Assembly (NCBI GenBank): GCA_044892525.1
Contig: CM097887.1
Location: 50,778,001-50,842,000 of the forward strand
Reading direction: 5' to 3'
DNA: 64,000 nucleotides
DNA from: Schmidtea polychroa
Taxonomy: Eukaryota
Positions within the stretch are counted from its first letter, which is position 1; each line of letters begins with the position of its first letter. The notes beneath the pieces were generated by a model. That model was not told the origin of the DNA, searched no databases, and saw only the letters and a program-made list of their open reading frames with translations. The translations under genes were made by a program, and so were the position numbers. Shown here piece after piece: positions 58,801-64,000 of this stretch.

Positions 58801-61800
58801 ACAAATATACGAGTAAGGTTTCACAGTGTTTCTGAATCATGATACAATAAGATGAGTGAATATTTGGTATACAAAATCATTGTAATATAATATCGGCATT
58901 CTTGATAAAATGGCAGTCTGTTAGTGCACATCGACTGATACAATTTGCTTGATTTTTGTCAATTGTTCATTAATAAGCATCAACATCACCATAATCGATT
59001 CTTACAATCATTGATGATCTAAATCACTGATCTCGCGTCTGATGCTACCTTTTCTTTATTATGCTGATCTGAGTGATTTTCAACTGGAAACGATATTGCA
59101 TCAATTTTTAGATATTCATCGATTAGTTTTATTCTTAATGATAAATATGTAATTGGACTTTGAGATATCTTATTAAATTTTTTGAATAAATTTCATTTTT
59201 CACTGGAATAATTTTAAGTAATTAATTTTATTAAAATAAATTAAGATTTTTTATAAATCATAAAAAGAAAATAATATACTTGATTATGTAATTTATCAAT
59301 TGTGAAATGCTTTATAATTTCTAATTATGCTATAAGAACTTCTTTTGATTTTCCCCTTTCATTTCTTTTCAATTAACATTATATTTAACAAAATATTGAC
59401 TATGAACCATTAAAGATATCGATGTTTTTTATGATTCATAGTCAATTTTTTATTAAATATGGTGTTAATTGTGCTAGTTTATTTTTTAAACGTGACCATT
59501 AAAACCGTTTTCTTTTAATTATATTACTAAACCTTTGCTTTAAATCTGTAACCTTTAAATTTTTAATTTTAAAAAACTAAACATTTGACAAAAAATCATT
59601 TACTCCATTTTGATATCATTTTGAGTTTTTATTATTCTTTAATATAATTTTCTCTTCATGTTCATTTGAAATATAATCATTATCCAAATTAGTTATAACA
59701 TTTCTTACATCATTTTAAAAATGAAGTGAAACTCATCAAGAAATCAAATTATTTAAAATATTATATATCTATTATAAAAAAATATTATTGTAAATATTAT
59801 CTACTATTTATCTATCTTCATTCTTTTCGACTATACATCAATGAAATCGTAGATAACAGATCGTGAGACCAAAAACATACAGATTTTTATTTTTTACAAT
59901 GCTTTACATCTTTTTACATAAACATTTTTTTAAAACAAAATATTAGTAAATTTTTTAAAATATTATAACATTTCGCTTGCCGTTGCCTTCATGGGATCAC
60001 ACATTCTAGTTTCAAAAGTCATTCCCTAAATAATCGAAATGGTTATATAATTTAGAGAAATTTATTTCATAATTTCTTAATAATTGTTTTCATAATTATT
60101 TTGCTATTAAACGTCACTTGTACAATGATTAGTTTAATAAGGTTCGGTGTATTGGTTTTATTAGCCATAATAGAATAAAACTTTAACTATCTTTGTCATC
60201 ATTGATCATAAATAAAGGTTTTTAAATATAAACCCAATTATGTAATTGATATAAAGGCTGTTACGAAAATTTGACAAATATTTACTTCCTAAAATCAGAG
60301 TTCCATTGTTTATTTGGATAAATTCCAACAAAAATGTTGTGAAAATTATTTCCTAAACGTTTCCTAAATGTATAAAAATGTCGTGATTACGTTTAATTTA
60401 ATTAGTTTAACCGATTTGACTTATTTTATTAATATGTATTCTTTGAATTATTAAATTATATTTTTCATAATATTATTATAAATTCCATACTTAATTTTCT
60501 ACGAAAAAAATACAAAAAAACTATCAGAAATTTAGTAATATAATTCAAATTTGACATCAAAAGTTTAACTTGGTGTTTATCGAAACAATATGATTCAGGT
60601 ATACTGTCAAGACCCTGAAACAATTTGTATCAAATGATTATTCTCTGATTTATTTCCATTACGGATTGACAGATAAGAATAATCCTGGAATCAAATTCAT
60701 GCTTAACGCTTACAAGCAGATAGACAGAGAGTAGTTTCTATTTTACTTGTCATTTAACAATGAATTTAAAAATGATTTCAGTTTCAAAAAGAATCTGAAA
60801 AATCTTTATATAGTCCATCCAACTGCACTATTAAAATTTATTATTAATGCATTATTGCCATTCTTTAGGTGAGTTATAATTTAACTCTTTACTAGTCACA
60901 TTATGAAAATTTTAATTGTTCAGTGCAAAAGTTAAAAGTAAAATTATCAAGGTGAAAAAACTGAAAGAACTCGAAAGTCAATTCTATCTAGATCAAATGG
61001 TTATTCCAGAAATTATTAGAACGTAAGTTGATCTTCATTGCTCGTCTTAATTGTATTTACCTAGCTCCTTTGCATAAAATCTTTTTACTTTTTATACATT
61101 TTTATAGTTATACAAAATATCGATTAGATATCACAAAAATAAGAGCTCTCTTATTAAACCCTATTTACTCTGTTGGATTTCAAAGTTGTTACTTATCTAC
61201 TTGTATTTATTTTCAGGTACCATTAGTTAGATTATATATAAGTACATTTATTTTTCTCTAAATAAACAAAAACACCAAATAATAAAAATATATTTTGAGG
61301 AAATGATTTCCAGCATCAGTCTACCGGTGTTAATCAGTGTCAAATACTATATAAAAAACAAACAATACCTATGATTTAATAAATTAATTAAATAATCTAA
61401 AAAAATAGTACAAATTGAATATTAATTGTTAGAGACTGTGACACAATACTTCTTTCTTAATAATTGTCAAAGTTTTATATACAATTTAAAAATCATTTAA
61501 ATATGTTGTGTCATTACAATTCTTCTATTACTTATATTGCTCAAAGCCCTCAAACGGCTATGTTCCCGGACAGAGATAACGGAAAGATTCAAATATATAC
61601 GGTATTGCTCCTATTACACCTACATTTATATTCAACACCGATATTTGAAAATATTTAAAACCGCCTGAATAAAGAATAACCAACATATGCTTTTACTTAC
61701 TCACCAGCTTTTGGTGAACTACAATTTATATTGTTTCCTTCCGACAAGCTCAAAAATCTATCAATAATTTCCTTAAATAATCTCTATACGAGAAACTTTG

Positions 61801-62458
61801 AATATTCTCTTTTTATTTAAAAAAGAAAAAGGTGAAATTAACTTTAATTAGCATATTTTGGGAAAGAGCATTGTATGAAGTATTGGTGTTCATATCGCAA
61901 TCTATTACTATCAATATTTAATGCTACATTAATACTGCATTCAACCTAAACATTTTCTATTTATTAGGTAAGGTTTTTTCACTATTAGATAGTTTTTAAA
62001 ATTTCTGTCAATGTAAAATAGTTATTAAAATATGCAATTTGTGCAGTTATTCTTCGATTTGTAATCATTAGATTTCATTGCAAACCGTTCCAATAAATGA
62101 CATAAATAGAATAAACGAATTTTACAAATATTTGACTTCGAAAAGTAAAAGTTATTGCTTGTAAAATAATTGAATTTATTTTTATTTACTCAAAGGATGG
62201 TCCATATTGAGATGAGTTGTGACGTTGGACGTTAAATACAATTTTTTTATAAATTAATTTTTTGATGTTTGAAGTTATTTCCTGGAACAGACACGAAAGA
62301 ACTTTTTCGGAAAACGCTATAAAGTTAAATTGTATTATCCAAGAGTTTCTAAATGACGCATAATATCAACCAAAAATTACTTGTATTTATTTTACAGAGC
62401 TCATGTTGATCTCTTTCATACATTTGTGACAATAGTTGAGAAACACTGCATTATATAA
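49807..62458 (+). CDS. ARHGAP1/ARHGAP8 (RhoGAP68F)-like BCH/CRAL-TRIO domain protein; exons 49807-49894, 49979-50064, 58144-58304, 60599-60730, 60782-60868, 60924-61022, 62398-62458
   Basis: DIAKLNVVQVAGDDKFGKKVIIIYACRIP...YTVKTLKQFVSNDYSLIYFHYGL...AYKQIDRDFKKNLKNLYIVHPT is the ARHGAP1-type BCH pattern; splice phases are consistent by hand. First two and last exons are less certain. Confidence 0.8.
52965..53126. repeat. Two inverted-repeat units built from GCGCACACAGACGCG
   Basis: Motif in reverse at 52965-52979 and 53068-53081, forward at 53012-53026 and 53112-53126; GC-rich in an AT-rich intron. Confidence 0.8.
53303..54502 (+). pseudogene. Intronless orphan ORF (~175 aa once restored) split by a MULE MITE, inside intron 2 of the BCH gene
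   Basis: Removing 53770-54441 gives ...WFCTNKA-CDINYKEILLMCLRRKQLI*; N-terminal CLICC...CPC is a partial RING-like pattern. Confidence 0.5.
53770..54432. mobile_element. Mutator-like MITE with ~100-bp TIRs
   Basis: Inverted TGCCCACA/TGTGGGCA repeat arrays at both ends; 9-bp TSD AAATAAAGC (53761-53769, 54433-54441). Confidence 0.85.
55067..55206 (+). repeat. 14-bp tandem repeat TATTCAATACTTAA, ~10 copies
   Basis: Directly visible. Confidence 0.95.
56829..57292. mobile_element. 464-bp hAT (Charlie/Buster-type) MITE
   Basis: TIR CAGAGCTTTCCAACC / GGTTGGAAAGCACTG; 8-bp TSD ATCTAGAT (56821-56828, 57293-57300), matching the NTCTAGAN preference of Charlie-type hATs. Confidence 0.93.
57720..57882. 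other. N run (gap or masked), 163 nt
   Basis: Directly visible. Confidence 0.95.
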
Positions 62459-64000
62459 TGAATGTAATCCTGTGAACCTAGCTGTGAAATCGAAGTCTCA
62501 TCTATTAATTATGATAAATAAACTCAAACTGCACATATCAATGGCTAACTAAATTTCATATTGTATTTTTTGTTAAAACAGATATCATAACTTGTAACTA
62601 GGAATAATACATACTTATATATAATAATAATTTTATTCTTTTTAACTAAGACATTTGTTACCTTAAATGGATTGTTATTTTAAGTGTAAATTGATGAATA
62701 ATTTAAGAAGGAACGCTGAATAGAATTATTTTTGACATTTTATTAGTTTAAATCATTGAAGATCTATTTTAACAAATTTGACAAATTTAGAAATAAAAAA
62801 ACTATTTCAGTTTATAAGAAATATATTGTTAATAAAAGATTGTAATAATAAATTAAATTTTTTACGCGTAAATGAATATGAAGTTTTTTACAGCCGGATA
62901 TTTATAGATATCAGCTTCATTCTTTCGGTTGCCTCTTTATAAAAATTCATATTTCTATTTTGAGCCCATATACAACTGGTACTTATCCTGCCCACCCTCA
63001 AATTCGGCTTTATAATAAAATAATTTTAGTTACTTATAAATTTGCTTCTATAAATCAACCCACAAATATGAAACACTTCTTACAAAATTGAATATCCTGC
63101 ATTTATAGGATCGATATAGGTTTGTGATTTAATAAAGCAAATGTTAAATTTACTTTACTCTAATAATAAAATGATTTATTTAATTTATATTCTAAAATGT
63201 ATTGTCATTATTATTTTTGAATGGATCATTCTGTGTGATGCATTAATATATTTATCTAGACATGATAGATTCAGGAATTCAGTTGATAAATCTCAGCGTC
63301 CTCACACATGGAAATTTGATGACTTTAAAAATATCAATGAAAATAAGTATTTCATACTTCTATAATATTTTGTGGGTGTAGGGTTTGGTGACTGGTACAT
63401 ATAGTACAATTTCGTTAGTTTCACTTGCAATAATCTCTCACGGCTCAACAATATCCATAGCATCTTTTTGAATTAAAGCTGCGTTTTAAGGCGCAAATTT
63501 TGATATGCTTTGGCCCATAAATGTCACTGGCACATTGTTTTCAATTTTATAATTTGTTTTATTAGACATTTATACTGTAGGTCGTTCCAAGTAGCTCACA
63601 ATTAATGTATATGGATGTTAATAAGATGTTCAATGGTTTCAATGTGTATATTTGACATTTTCAAGCGTATCAACATTGAATTAATTAGAATAATTATACT
63701 TTTGTTAATGTATATTTTCAATTTGGTAAATGGAATTAAATTGTAACAAATGATTACGTTATTGATTTTTAAGTGCAAACTTTGATTTACCAAGTTAGGT
63801 TAGGTGTTTGTAATATGGATTTTTATTCCGGTTGGGTATTTGTTGCTATATATACACTAGAGATGGTTTTCAATTATTATTTTTACAATAGAATTTTTAT
63901 GGACGACAAGTCACTGCATGATTGGTAAATGTCCTAATTATCCCACTCTTAAAGATAACTTAATATTGCATTTTTAAATATGTCTTGACAATTAAAAACA

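Noticed and set aside
59000-64000. Short AT-rich ORFs (61028, 61464, 63141, 63602 and similar)
   Set aside because: Low-complexity intronic/intergenic frames with no motifs.

Overview
AT-rich animal genomic window with many 44-55 nt introns; planarian-like, but the taxon cannot be proven from sequence alone. Host genes: an Olig-family bHLH gene (262-1041, -), MCM4 (7 exons, 43945-40345, -) and an ARHGAP1/8-like BCH-domain gene (7 predicted exons, 49807-62458, +). The dominant feature is a giant (~22 kb, and internally deleted) Ty3/Gypsy LTR element at 3173-~28717 with ~99% identical ~536-bp LTRs. Its order is: IAP-type RING ORF, 79-bp minisatellite, Gag with three zinc knuckles read in frame into ubiquitin-like domains, then a second long frame carrying a chuvirus-type glycoprotein UPSTREAM of RT-RNaseH-integrase, two ankyrin modules and a membrane protein. 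A downstream array of separate ORFs follows, including a complete intronless TRAF. Together this looks like an enveloped, retrovirus-like element carrying a ubiquitin/TNF-NF-kB/apoptosis toolkit. This copy is defective (in-frame stops, a gag frameshift, protease deleted). Also present: a hATm transposon inserted at the end of the 3' LTR, a hobo/Ac-like hAT with a nested MITE, hAT and MULE MITEs, fragments of related LTR elements on the minus strand, and an orphan ORF split by a MITE. All family assignments come from motif recognition by eye; no database search was run.
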